Source of the DNA: Thermoplasmata archaeon
GTDB taxonomy: Archaea > Thermoplasmatota > E2 > UBA202 > JdFR-43
Direction of reading: 5' to 3'
Length of the DNA: 64,000 nt
Assembly: GCA_021162065.1 (NCBI GenBank)
Contig: JAGGZK010000017.1
Span: forward strand, 23,034 to 87,033
Shown here: positions 42,100 to 51,461 of the stretch, one piece after another
Layout of the letters: each line of letters starts with the position of its first letter
Position numbering within the stretch: position 1 is the stretch's first letter
Position numbers and translations under genes: made by a program
The notes under the pieces: model-generated
The model's input: the letters and a program-made list of their open reading frames with translations, nothing else
Database searches by the model: none
Told to the model about the DNA's origin: nothing

Positions 42100-42744
42100 G
42101 TGGATGTAAGAAAAAAAGTATTGCTGATAGGAATAGGAGTGGTGGTACTATCTGCGGCAGTCGCAACCCAGTACGCAAGGATAACAGTCGGATACACCTT
42201 TGATGTGGTGCATCCTTCTGAAGGTCTGATAAGGTTTGTGGCTCTGGATAATGCCACCGATGGCCATAGACTGCTCAGAGTGGTGGACAACAATACAGGG
42301 ACAATGAGACTGGTGTTTGGGGACATACCTCAGGGAATGAATAAGACGTATACCGCTGCCTTTGCCATAGTTAACGAGGAGAGTTTCACCATAAACATAA
42401 CCAATATTTCCATAACAGGCACCGGACAGCAGTATATGAGAATATGGCTCCATTCAAGCGCCACAACAGATGCTGCCGCCGATTCTGAAAAACTCCTGAT
42501 ATGGGACGGAACCACGGCTAAAGGGTACTGGCTTCTTTCTGCGGGGGATAACGATGACACAACCATGGGTTCCACAACAACCTCATGGGATAGCGATGAC
42601 AGCATAAAATATGCCGATTCCACCCCTGCCGCCCACAACGGAAGCACCGACTTTGTATGGGTGCAGATATCTATAGATACTTCGGGAGCCACAAGAAACA
42701 CCTACACTGGAAGCATAGAGTTCACCTTTAAGGCAGAGGAATAA
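42100..42744 (+). CDS. Secreted/surface protein of unknown function, Thr/Ser/Asp-rich
   Basis: N-terminus MDVRKKVLLIGIGVVVLSAAVATQYARITVGYTFD is a signal peptide with a conserved-looking post-h-region motif. 214 aa. Confidence 0.5.
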   Translation: MDVRKKVLLIGIGVVVLSAAVATQYARITVGYTFDVVHPSEGLIRFVALDNATDGHRLLRVVDNNTGTMRLVFGDIPQGMNKTYTAAFAIVNEESFTINITNISITGTGQQYMRIWLHSSATTDAAADSEKLLIWDGTTAKGYWLLSAGDNDDTTMGSTTTSWDSDDSIKYADSTPAAHNGSTDFVWVQISIDTSGATRNTYTGSIEFTFKAEE

Positions 42745-42773
42745 TCTCACCACTCTTCCCTCTTTCCCTACCC

Positions 42774-42860
42774 ATGAGTCTAAAGAAGAAGATATTGCTG
42801 TTGATTGGCATTGCCATAGTTATGGCAATATCCGCCTCCCTCTTCCTTCAGATGGGCTAA
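42774..42860 (+). CDS. Tiny ORF that duplicates the signal peptide of the 42100 gene (MSLKKKILLLIGIAIVMAISASLFLQMG); gene remnant or small membrane peptide
   Basis: The 28-aa frame stops 1 nt before the next gene start. KKKILLLIGIAIVMAISAS and KKVLLIGIGVVVLSAAVA (42100 gene) match residue for residue in character. Confidence 0.25.
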   Translation: MSLKKKILLLIGIAIVMAISASLFLQMG

Positions 42861-42861
42861 C

Positions 42862-45087
42862 ATGAAATGGAAACTCATTGCTGCGATGCTGATTCTTTTC
42901 ATAACCTTTCTACTTGGAACCATCGATTCAGAAATTCTCCATGCGCGCGAATACGGGAGGCAATATGTGGATTACTCTTACTCCGTTGTGGCATCTCTCT
43001 CCAGATGGATAGTCACATCCCGAAGCGATTTTGAGTGCAGTGGGACGGCGGGCAGAATGAATGTCAACACCTCCGTTTCTCCGGGGAATGTGATGCTTGA
43101 AAAATGCTTTCCATGGCATTCCTGGTGGAATGAATCCTGGGGATATAGAATGAAAATAAATATAAGCGATGCTTCCACATCTCTCAGCGAATACCAGATT
43201 CCCATTGTTCTGAATCCGGGCAATTTCAACTATAGCAGGACGGCGATGAATGGAAGGGATATAAGATTTGTAAGCAACGGAACCCTGCTTTCCTACTGGA
43301 TAGAGAAATGGAATTCTTCCGGGGAGAGCATAATATGGGTGAAGGTGGATTCAATCCCCGCTGGAGGAACAAAAACCATATACATGTACTATGGCAACTC
43401 TCATGCCTCGGAAATGAGCAATGGCTCTGCCACCTTCCTGTTTTTCGATGATTTTGAAGGAGATGAAAAATGGTTTGAGAGCGGATTATGGCACACCACA
43501 TCAAGCATGTCTTATGGTGGAGGGCATTCAAAATGGTATGGGCAGGAGATGAGCAACAACTATGATACCGGAAGCGCCAACAGCGGAGAACTCATCTCTC
43601 CAGCCTTCAATCTTTCAGAAAACGCCGTACTGGATTTCCGGTTCTGGAGGGAGGTGGAAAACCTGGGATGGAGTGGATATGATATCACGGCCGTGTATGA
43701 GAGCGCCGACAACACCACATGGAATGAAATATGGTACAACGATTCCTCCAATCCCTCCAGAAGAGAATGGATATCCCTCAGCATTCCTCTCTCACCCTCC
43801 TCAAGATATGTGAGGTTTTACTTCGATACCGTTGATGCCCTCTACAACAACTACAGGGGATGGTTCATAGACGATGTGAGAATAAGGAAATATGCCGCCC
43901 AGGAGCCGGAGGTGGATATGGGGGCTGAGCAGTCCCTCACCTCATGGCTCGACTATTTTGGAGGAGGGGCGGATGAAACAACGCACAACACCACCATTGA
44001 AAATGGAAGCGTTATTCTACGCAGATATTACACCAGCGTGAACATTTTCCAGGATGATTTCGAGGGCGACCTTTCCAAATGGGATGATAACTATCCAACC
44101 CTGTGGTATCTGACCACATCCCAGAGCCATGATGGCCTAAGCAGTGTTATGGCCGATAGAACCAACGACGGCGCCCTGGTATCGGATGATATAGATCTCT
44201 CCTCCGCCTCCTCAGCACATCTCACCTTCTGGTTCAGAAAGAGCGGAATAGAGCCCAATGATTTCCGCCTCTACTTCTATGACGGTTCCACCTATCATCT
44301 CATCTCCCGCCTCGACCTTCTTGGCCCCGACAACACATGGATTCTCTACAGCACCGCCATAGATATGGCCACGTACGGCATCCAAAATTTCAGAATTGCC
44401 TTTTATGCTTCTTTGGCGGGAGAGGAAAGGGTATGGGTGGATAATCTTACAGTTACGGCAAACCTTTCCTTTTACTGCAGCAACGGAAGCATTATTTCCT
44501 CCATAATACATCCGGAAAACATCTCATCCTGGCGCATGTTTCATGCCCATTCCTATGTTCCAGCAAATACATCCATTGTTTACAGGATAATAAATGCATC
44601 CAGCGGCGATGTAATATGCTCCATAAACGCCTCCCAGGCGGAGATGGGTTACAACGTTTCCTCACACCTGGAAGGAATGGAGGCGATAAGGATTATGGCT
44701 GAGATGAATACCTCCACTTCTTTGTCTCCTATCATCTATTCATGGGGCATTTCATGGAAGGTTGGTTATCACAAACAGGGGTACATCATATCCTGCGAGC
44801 ATGATGCCGGCATTTCCCCCGATTATGTTAGAGTCGAGTGGAACGCTACCCTGCCATCTGCAACAACGATAAAGTTCCAGATTTCCACATCAGATGACGG
44901 AATCACATGGAGCGATTTTGCCGGGCCAGATGGCAGCAACTCCACCTTTTACACCACAAGCGGGAGCGAGATATGGAGTGGGCATGATGGAAGGAGATAC
45001 ATAAAGTTCATCGCCTATCTGGAGACAGGAGATACGTCTGTCACTCCAGTGCTGCATGATGTTACCCTTTCCTATTACGGAGGTTAA
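42862..45087 (+). CDS. Secreted surface protein with DUF2341-like and concanavalin/LamG-like domains
   Basis: Signal peptide MKWKLIAAMLILFITFLLG. GRDIRFVSNGTLLSYWIEKWNSSGESIIWVKVDSIPAGGTKTIYMYYGN...FLFFDDFEG matches my recollection of DUF2341. Trp/Tyr-rich beta segments follow. Confidence 0.5.
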   Translation: MKWKLIAAMLILFITFLLGTIDSEILHAREYGRQYVDYSYSVVASLSRWIVTSRSDFECSGTAGRMNVNTSVSPGNVMLEKCFPWHSWWNESWGYRMKINISDASTSLSEYQIPIVLNPGNFNYSRTAMNGRDIRFVSNGTLLSYWIEKWNSSGESIIWVKVDSIPAGGTKTIYMYYGNSHASEMSNGSATFLFFDDFEGDEKWFESGLWHTTSSMSYGGGHSKWYGQEMSNNYDTGSANSGELISPAFNLSENAVLDFRFWREVENLGWSGYDITAVYESADNTTWNEIWYNDSSNPSRREWISLSIPLSPSSRYVRFYFDTVDALYNNYRGWFIDDVRIRKYAAQEPEVDMGAEQSLTSWLDYFGGGADETTHNTTIENGSVILRRYYTSVNIFQDDFEGDLSKWDDNYPTLWYLTTSQSHDGLSSVMADRTNDGALVSDDIDLSSASSAHLTFWFRKSGIEPNDFRLYFYDGSTYHLISRLDLLGPDNTWILYSTAIDMATYGIQNFRIAFYASLAGEERVWVDNLTVTANLSFYCSNGSIISSIIHPENISSWRMFHAHSYVPANTSIVYRIINASSGDVICSINASQAEMGYNVSSHLEGMEAIRIMAEMNTSTSLSPIIYSWGISWKVGYHKQGYIISCEHDAGISPDYVRVEWNATLPSATTIKFQISTSDDGITWSDFAGPDGSNSTFYTTSGSEIWSGHDGRRYIKFIAYLETGDTSVTPVLHDVTLSYYGG

Positions 45088-45088
45088 A

Positions 45089-46672
45089 ATGAACATGAAG
45101 AGAATAATTGGGGACATAATCTTCATTGCTGTAATACTCCTCCTTATCTCCCGCTTTGTCACCGTTCTCACCGGCATGGCATATCCTCTCAGTGTGGTCT
45201 CCTCCTCTTCCATGGAGCCGTCCCTCAGCAGAGGAGATATTGTTCCGTGGATTCCCTGCGATGTTGATGATGTAAAGGTGGGAGATGTTATAGTTTACAG
45301 AAGCGTTCATGGCAACCTTATGATTCACAGGGTCGTTGATGTGAGGAACGGGAAGTTTATAACAAAGGGGGATGCCAACAATTTCACGGATCAGGAAGGC
45401 CCCCATGTGCCTGAACCAATGGTGGGGGAAACAAATCTGTGCGGCAGAGCCATAATGGTGGGCAGCCAGCCCTTCAGGATACCCATTGCCGGCTATTTAT
45501 GGATATTCGTGAGGGAAGGTGTTGGAAGATTGTCCATGCCCATAAAATGGGGGGAGCCGCAGCCCGCCCGCCATTACATCATTTTCACTCCCTTCATCCT
45601 TTCCGTGGCCCTTTTTCTCTCGCTCCTTTCCCTATGGCTGCCCAATGGAAAAGGGATGAAGGAGAAATTGCACGAGATGATATTTGGGGCGGAGAAGGTA
45701 AGTGTAAGGAAAACCGCCGCTTATCTCATGACGCTTTTCATTCCATTCCTTCTCCTCACCTCCTTCTTTTCTTACGACCATGTCTCCATGGAAAAAAATG
45801 AGGAAAAATTCAGGGATGGCATCCCTGTGTATAACCCCTCGATTCTTCCTGTGAGGGGCGTAATCTTTTCCGATAATGACAGGATAAATCTCTCGGAAAG
45901 CATATTCTATCTCCACTCCGGAGAGGGAAAAACGGTGGAATATTATGGGGAAGCGAGAGGGAGTGTATATCTATATTCCTCTCCCTACTGGATTCTTATG
46001 CCCTTAAAAATCATGCATTTCTTCTATGATATAAACCCCAGAATATGCATCTTTGCCACCTCTCTCCTTTCTGCCTTCTTTCTCTCTCTAATCACCCTTT
46101 TCCTGCTCCTTCTCATCTCGCTTATGGTGGAGCTTGCCATAATGGCGGGAGCATATCTCTCCTTCGTTTTAATTCCTCTTCACACCTTTCTCCGCCCTCT
46201 CTATTCCCTCATCCATTACCTCCAGAACAAAATAAATATAATGGGAATCGGAATAAGAAATATGGCAATGTGGATTGAGGTGGCGAACAGAAAAATATTT
46301 TTTGCCTCTCTCGCCACCATTCCATTCATCCCCCTGCTGTTCGACGGTGTGGGCAATCTTTTACTCACAGCATTCATCGCCGCCATGGCCGTGGCCTCAA
46401 CGGCATATTTTATGGGCGCCCGTTTCAAGAATGAGATTGCTATAGTTTCTCTCCTCTCCTCCTTCATCATTTCCTCCATATTCATCTCAAGGATGATTTC
46501 TGCCGCCGGAATGAATGTGGCAATCCTATTTGAATATGTTTCCCTTTCCTTCATTCTTGCCATCTTTCTCTTTTTCATCCAGTTCCCCGTTGCTATAGCA
46601 ATTTCATTTCTCATCCATCGCATAAGGGAAAGCATTGACCCGGTTGCCATGACGGAGGTGTGTGATATATGA
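45089..46672 (+). CDS. Signal peptidase I (archaeal/ER S26B type) with about 350-aa polytopic C-terminal extension
   Basis: TM anchor, then VVSSSSMEPSLSRGDIV (catalytic-Ser box), then HRVVDV and GDAN boxes. The C-terminal about 350 aa contain at least 8 hydrophobic helices. Start at the ATG after GGAGG, immediately after the upstream stop. Confidence 0.65.
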   Translation: MNMKRIIGDIIFIAVILLLISRFVTVLTGMAYPLSVVSSSSMEPSLSRGDIVPWIPCDVDDVKVGDVIVYRSVHGNLMIHRVVDVRNGKFITKGDANNFTDQEGPHVPEPMVGETNLCGRAIMVGSQPFRIPIAGYLWIFVREGVGRLSMPIKWGEPQPARHYIIFTPFILSVALFLSLLSLWLPNGKGMKEKLHEMIFGAEKVSVRKTAAYLMTLFIPFLLLTSFFSYDHVSMEKNEEKFRDGIPVYNPSILPVRGVIFSDNDRINLSESIFYLHSGEGKTVEYYGEARGSVYLYSSPYWILMPLKIMHFFYDINPRICIFATSLLSAFFLSLITLFLLLLISLMVELAIMAGAYLSFVLIPLHTFLRPLYSLIHYLQNKINIMGIGIRNMAMWIEVANRKIFFASLATIPFIPLLFDGVGNLLLTAFIAAMAVASTAYFMGARFKNEIAIVSLLSSFIISSIFISRMISAAGMNVAILFEYVSLSFILAIFLFFIQFPVAIAISFLIHRIRESIDPVAMTEVCDI

Positions 46673-47898
46673 GCATTTACTGGAAGTTAAGGAGATTCTT
46701 CATTTCCATCAGGAGGAGCATAAGATTCCATATTGATTCATCCAGAAGAAGGGATAGAAGACTGATGGGAATGCCCGTCTACTTTGAAGATACGGGGGAG
46801 AAGGTGGGAGAGGTTAGGAGGGTCATAAGAAACAGTGTGGGCGAGATTGTGGGATATGAGATAAGGGATGAAAATGAGAGAATAATCTATTTTCCGGCGG
46901 ACGCCTTTGAGGAGCATAGAAGAGGGTTAATATTCGCTCCCCTGTGGTATTCGGAAGGACTTAAAATGGTGGCAGAACTGGAGGCAAAGGCTAAAATGCC
47001 GGATATTCATGATTTCATCATTCATGGAAGGGATAGGGAGGAACTATATGACATAATTTCATCCCGCCACCCCGAGATAAGCAGATATGTGGAGGAGGTT
47101 CTTCTTCTCAGGGAATCTCTGATGGAAAGGGTGAATGACTTGGAAACAAGGTTGACCAAATTGCGAAGGGAGATGGTGGAGCTCTCTGGCAGGAGATTGA
47201 TGAAGGAGATAGGAAGAAGGGAGTTTGCAGAGAGGATAATGGAGGCAAGGAGGGAGATGAACATAACGGAGGTGAGCATAAGAAGATGCAGGGAACTTCT
47301 TCTGAGAATAGACAAGATACCCTTCCTTCCCCGCCATATCCACCGGGAGGAACTGCTTTCCATAAGGAAAATACTGAGCAATATTCCCGTCAGCATGGTT
47401 GTTCTTGATGAGGATGCTGTTGTGAGGGGAATGAATGAGCATGTGGAAAACAATTTTGGTTATCGCCTGGCTGAGATGAAGGGAAAGAGATTCACAGATT
47501 TTGTGGTTGCGAGAGATAGAGATGCCATACTGGAGGCAAATGATAGAATCTTTGGGGGGAGCGAGACGGAGGAGGTGGAGTTTGAATTCATAGATGCCTA
47601 TGGCGTCCATCATCTCCTGTACGGGCGCCTCACCGGAATGAGTGACAGGGGCAGGAGAATATGCATAATGGCATTCCAGAGCAGGGAGGAGGAAAAGAGT
47701 TTGAAGAAGATATTCTCCGAAAGGGTGGCCCATCTTTTCCTCAATCCCCTTTCCATAGCCCAGGGTTATCTCCATCTTCTCAACGAGGAGAGGTATGGAG
47801 GGCTTACTGAAGAACAGAAAAAACAGATCAGGGCAATAGAGAAGAGCCTTGGAAGAATAGAGAAACTGGTGAAGGACACCATAAAGCTCAGCAAATGA
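46669..47898 (+). CDS. PRC-barrel + PAS sensor protein ending in an orphan DHp-like H-box (no HATPase domain)
   Basis: N-terminal PRC-barrel-like segment (MPVYFEDTGEKVGEVRRVIRNSVGEIVGYEI), a coiled coil, then PAS (PVSMVVLDEDAVVRGMNEHVENNFGYRLAEMKGKRF). The C-terminal VAHLFLNPLSIAQGYLHLL parallels the giant gene's SHYFFNPIAIAKGYLQL. The true start may be the internal MGMPVY near 46765. Confidence 0.5.
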   Translation: MSIYWKLRRFFISIRRSIRFHIDSSRRRDRRLMGMPVYFEDTGEKVGEVRRVIRNSVGEIVGYEIRDENERIIYFPADAFEEHRRGLIFAPLWYSEGLKMVAELEAKAKMPDIHDFIIHGRDREELYDIISSRHPEISRYVEEVLLLRESLMERVNDLETRLTKLRREMVELSGRRLMKEIGRREFAERIMEARREMNITEVSIRRCRELLLRIDKIPFLPRHIHREELLSIRKILSNIPVSMVVLDEDAVVRGMNEHVENNFGYRLAEMKGKRFTDFVVARDRDAILEANDRIFGGSETEEVEFEFIDAYGVHHLLYGRLTGMSDRGRRICIMAFQSREEEKSLKKIFSERVAHLFLNPLSIAQGYLHLLNEERYGGLTEEQKKQIRAIEKSLGRIEKLVKDTIKLSK

Positions 47899-47901
47899 TG
47901 C

Positions 47902-49164
47902 TCAATGGGTGAGCAATTCCTGATATTTATCCCTGTTTATTATGCATCCGGGATCGGGGGCCAGATAATCCCCGAAATATCCATACGCCCTTGCCCTGCA
48001 GCCGCCGCACTGATATCTGTAGGGGCAGTCGCCGCATTTCCCCTCCAGCAAATCCTTGTTGCGAAGTTCGTTCAATATCTTATTGTTTCTCCATAGGCCC
48101 TCGAAGTCATCCCGCCTTATGTTGCCTATGGTGAGGGGAAAGAAAACACACGGTTCAATATTGCCATTGGGTCTCATGGCCAGATAAAAGCGTCCGCACC
48201 CGCATCCTCCTATGAAATCCGCCAGCGCCCTCAGTTTTTTTGAGAGACGGGCGGCATAGAAGTGGGTGGGCATTATGGTTACGTCATCATCACTATTTTC
48301 CTGAAGGGCAACTCTGGCAAACTGGGGTGCCGTGGAAAGAAGGGTGAGGGACGAGTCATTCATTTTTCTGTAAAGCATTTTCAGAAGTTCCTCCCGCTCC
48401 TCCGGAGACAAATCATTTTTCACCATGAATTTCCCTCTGCCGGTGGGTACGAAGTTGTACAGCATGAACCAGTTGACTCCCAGTTTTTCCGCCAGGTCTA
48501 TTATGGAGGGCACCTCCTCATGGTTATACCTTGTTGCCGTTGTTGCCACCTCCACAAAAAATCCTGCCTTCACGGCATTTTTTATTCCCTCCACCGTCTT
48601 CTCAAAGGCCCCATCTATGCCCCTGAAGGCATCATGCGTTTCGGGGGAAGCGCCATCAAGACTTATCTGAACAAATTTTACGCCCGCATCTTTCATCTTC
48701 TCCGCCATTCTGGGTGTGATGAGGGTTCCATTGGTGGCAACGGCGATATACATTCCCTTATTGGCGGCATATTTCGCAAGTTCAAAGAAATCCTTTCTCA
48801 CCAGCGGCTCCCCGCCGGAGAAGGCGATGGATACGACGCCTGCTCTGTCAAAGATGTCTATGGCTCTTTTTGCCTCCTCCGTTGTCAGCTCATCCTCCAA
48901 CGGCTTGCCGGCGTTGGCATAGCAGTGTTTGCATCTGAGGTTGCATGAGTAGGTGAGGTCCCACACTATCAGATATGGCGCCCCGCTGATGAAGGGACGG
49001 TGCATGCCGAAGAGAGCAACCCCCTTTATGGTGGAGGCCAGCGCCTTCCCCCAGAAGGGGTCGCTGAATTTACTTATTATTTCCTCCTCATCCATTCCAA
49101 AGGCCTCCCCTCCCTTGAGCAGCACTTTCTTACGATTCTTTCCGTTATTCTGCAGGCCATGCAT
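47902..49164 (-). CDS. Radical SAM / SPASM-domain enzyme (NirJ/AhbC- or peptide-maturase-like)
   Basis: CNLRCKHCY is a CxxxCxxC motif. The C-terminus has a SPASM-type Cys cluster (CVFFP...CGDCPYRYQCGGCRARAY). The true start is probably the internal MDEEEI near 49095. Confidence 0.65.
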   Translation of the reverse strand: MHGLQNNGKNRKKVLLKGGEAFGMDEEEIISKFSDPFWGKALASTIKGVALFGMHRPFISGAPYLIVWDLTYSCNLRCKHCYANAGKPLEDELTTEEAKRAIDIFDRAGVVSIAFSGGEPLVRKDFFELAKYAANKGMYIAVATNGTLITPRMAEKMKDAGVKFVQISLDGASPETHDAFRGIDGAFEKTVEGIKNAVKAGFFVEVATTATRYNHEEVPSIIDLAEKLGVNWFMLYNFVPTGRGKFMVKNDLSPEEREELLKMLYRKMNDSSLTLLSTAPQFARVALQENSDDDVTIMPTHFYAARLSKKLRALADFIGGCGCGRFYLAMRPNGNIEPCVFFPLTIGNIRRDDFEGLWRNNKILNELRNKDLLEGKCGDCPYRYQCGGCRARAYGYFGDYLAPDPGCIINRDKYQELLTH

Positions 49165-49331
49165 GCGTCCTCTCTCCTTCCCGTAAAAAGTTCTATGGCC
49201 ACCTCTATCCTATTCTTCCCATCTCTCTCGCAGTACTTGCTGAGGGAGGAGAGTATCTTTCTGGATACTGGATTTCCTATGGTCGTCTCCAGCAGTCCTA
49301 TGGTGTCTGATGTATCCTTTCCGCCCGTCAT
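49077..49331 (-). CDS. Small Cys-rich protein co-transcribed with the radical SAM/SPASM enzyme
   Basis: 84 aa. The C-terminal half has five Cys (KYCERDG...DACMACRITERIVRKCCSREG). Overlaps the regulator stop by 4 nt and the rSAM start region. Confidence 0.4.
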   Translation of the reverse strand: MTGGKDTSDTIGLLETTIGNPVSRKILSSLSKYCERDGKNRIEVAIELFTGRREDACMACRITERIVRKCCSREGRPLEWMRRK

Positions 49332-49732
49332 ATTCCCTCCCCGTGCTTCATGTATCTTATCGATTTTTCAACGCTCTCCACCAGTTTTCTCATTTTCTCC
49401 CTCGATTTTTTCTTCAGGGAGTTCATGTCCTCCTTCAGTTCATGGAAAATGTTCAGTATTCTCTCCCTCTCCTCCTTCATCATCTCCAAAAAGTCCACCT
49501 CGGCCGAGTAGAAGGATGTTCTTCCTTTTTTCCGCCTCTCCACCATTCCCATCCTTTTCAGGAAATTGAGGGTGTTTATGACGGTGGAATAGGCATATCC
49601 GGTATGGGATGAAATCTCCTTGGCACTCATCTCTCCACGTGTGGCAAGGGCGCCCATTACTTTGGCCTCCGCCTCTCCAAGCCCGTAATGCCTCATTATG
49701 TTTGCCACCTTCTTCTCTATTTTTTCTATCAT
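49328..49732 (-). CDS. Winged-helix transcriptional regulator (TrmB/MarR-like) with C-terminal coiled coil
   Basis: SAKEISSHTGYAYSTVINTLNFLKRMGMVERRKKGRTSFYSA is an HTH plus wing. Confidence 0.6.
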   Translation of the reverse strand: MIEKIEKKVANIMRHYGLGEAEAKVMGALATRGEMSAKEISSHTGYAYSTVINTLNFLKRMGMVERRKKGRTSFYSAEVDFLEMMKEERERILNIFHELKEDMNSLKKKSREKMRKLVESVEKSIRYMKHGEGI

Positions 49733-49807
49733 ATATATGATAATTTTAATAGTAATATATAAATTTTTCTCACAGGTTGTGGCTGTGGGGCAATGGTATG
49801 GTAAGAT

Positions 49808-50733
49808 CTATCCTTCCAGCATTCCTTCCACTATCAGATCCACCGCCTCCTCCTCACTCAGCCCCCTTGCCAGAAGTGTCTGCAGCTGCTTTGTATCGAC
49901 GCTTCCTATGGCTGCCTCGTGGGTGACATGCGCCTTCGGATGGCGAACCTCCACAATGGGTATGGCCGTTGCGCTGGCGCTGTCCTGAATAATCTCCTTA
50001 CAGTCCACATGACCGCGGGCATAGGCGGCGGTGGCCACCATCTTATTGTATACCTCTGCCCTTGCTTCATTCCGTACAGCAATCCTGGAGTTCAGCACCC
50101 CTCTTGCCTTCTCCCCCACCAGAAATGCAACCTCCTTCACCTTTATTGTGTCATCTCCCCTCCCATTCACCTTGGTGGACATTTCCACCACGCTTTTTTG
50201 CCTGCCTCCACCTCATAATCTATGTCGAGTATGCCGACTCTACCCTTTATCAGTTCAAAGTCTGTTTTGAAATGCCCTCCATCATCCACCCTCACCTTTG
50301 TCTTCGGATAAACATTTATTCCTCCCTCCATGGCATGGATGTGCTTTTCCGTGTATATGTATTCGGCATTCTTCCCCACCCGGATTTTTGCCTCCATTAT
50401 GTGCTTTATGTCCTCCGCCTTTGGAAAGATGCAGTGGGAGAGTATTGAAACACCCGCCCCATCCTGCACTTCCACATCCATATTTATCTTCTGCAATGCC
50501 CTCTCGTGGGTAACGCCAAAACACATGTGGACTTCCTTACTTATTTTAACTCCCTTCTCCACAACTACCCTAACATCCACACCCTCCTCCTTTTCCACCG
50601 TTTCAATCCTGAGCCCCGGGATGTCGTTTCTGCTTATCACCTTGTTCCTATCTATCATCACATGGGCCGTCTCCTTATCCTTCAATGCCTCATCTATCTC
50701 AGCCAGTTTTGCAAGGTCAACATCCATCTTCAT
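49808..50733 (-). CDS. sufBD: SufB/SufD-family Fe-S assembly protein, split into two overlapping frames (apparent -1 frameshift near 50165-50190)
   Basis: Upstream ORF (50733..50167) is beta-helix-like. Downstream ORF (50191..49808) ends in HVTHEAAIGSVDTKQLQTLLARGLSEEEAVDLIVEGMLEG, the conserved SufB/D C-terminus. The frame junction lies at an A6 run (plus-strand tttttt at 50183-50188). Adjacent to sufC. Confidence 0.55.
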
Positions 50734-51457
50734 CCTCCTCCTTCCCGTTCAATTCCGGCATATTCTTGTGCCTGCACGGCACACATTTACCCTCAAAGAA
50801 GGGAATTATTTTTTCCACCCTTCCCTTGTCAACAATCATTCCGTTGCACATGAGGAAGGCATGCTCCGCCTGCTTCAGCACCGCCAGGCTATGAGTAATC
50901 AGTATTACCGTTGTGCCCTCCTCCTTCAGCATTTTTATTGCCTCGAAAATCTTTTCTAAAGAAGCGACGTCTATACCGGAATCGGGCTCGTCCAGCATCA
51001 CAAGCTTCGGTTTCATGGCGAGAATGGAGGCAAGTTCTATCTTTTTCCTCTCCCCTCCGCTCAATGTTTTGTCAACGGCCCTCTCCGCATACTCAACGCC
51101 CAATCCCACCTTCTCCAGAATATCCTCCACATCCACTTTTTTTCCGGAGGCCATGAGAAATTTTTTCACGCTCAACCCCTCATACCGGGCCGGCTCCTGC
51201 CATGCGAGCGTTATGCCCTTTCTGGCCCTCTCTGTCACATTCAAATCTTTTATGGGTTCGCCCTCGAAGATTATCTCGCCGTCTATGTTGCGGTACCCCT
51301 CCAGCCCCATTATGGTGTAGGCCAGCGTTGACTTTCCCGCTCCATTGGGGCCAACCACAGCATGAACATGGCCCTCCCAGAAGTCAACATTGAGCCCACT
51401 CAATATTTGCTTTCCATTAATCTTCAAACTCACATCTTTTAACTCCAGTATTCCCAT
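50717..51457 (-). CDS. sufC: Fe-S cluster assembly ATPase SufC
   Basis: Walker A GPNGAGKST, ABC signature LSGGERKK and Walker B LVMLDEPDSGID are present. 246 aa. Confidence 0.85.
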   Translation of the reverse strand: MGILELKDVSLKINGKQILSGLNVDFWEGHVHAVVGPNGAGKSTLAYTIMGLEGYRNIDGEIIFEGEPIKDLNVTERARKGITLAWQEPARYEGLSVKKFLMASGKKVDVEDILEKVGLGVEYAERAVDKTLSGGERKKIELASILAMKPKLVMLDEPDSGIDVASLEKIFEAIKMLKEEGTTVILITHSLAVLKQAEHAFLMCNGMIVDKGRVEKIIPFFEGKCVPCRHKNMPELNGKEEDEDGC

Positions 51458-51461
51458 TTCA

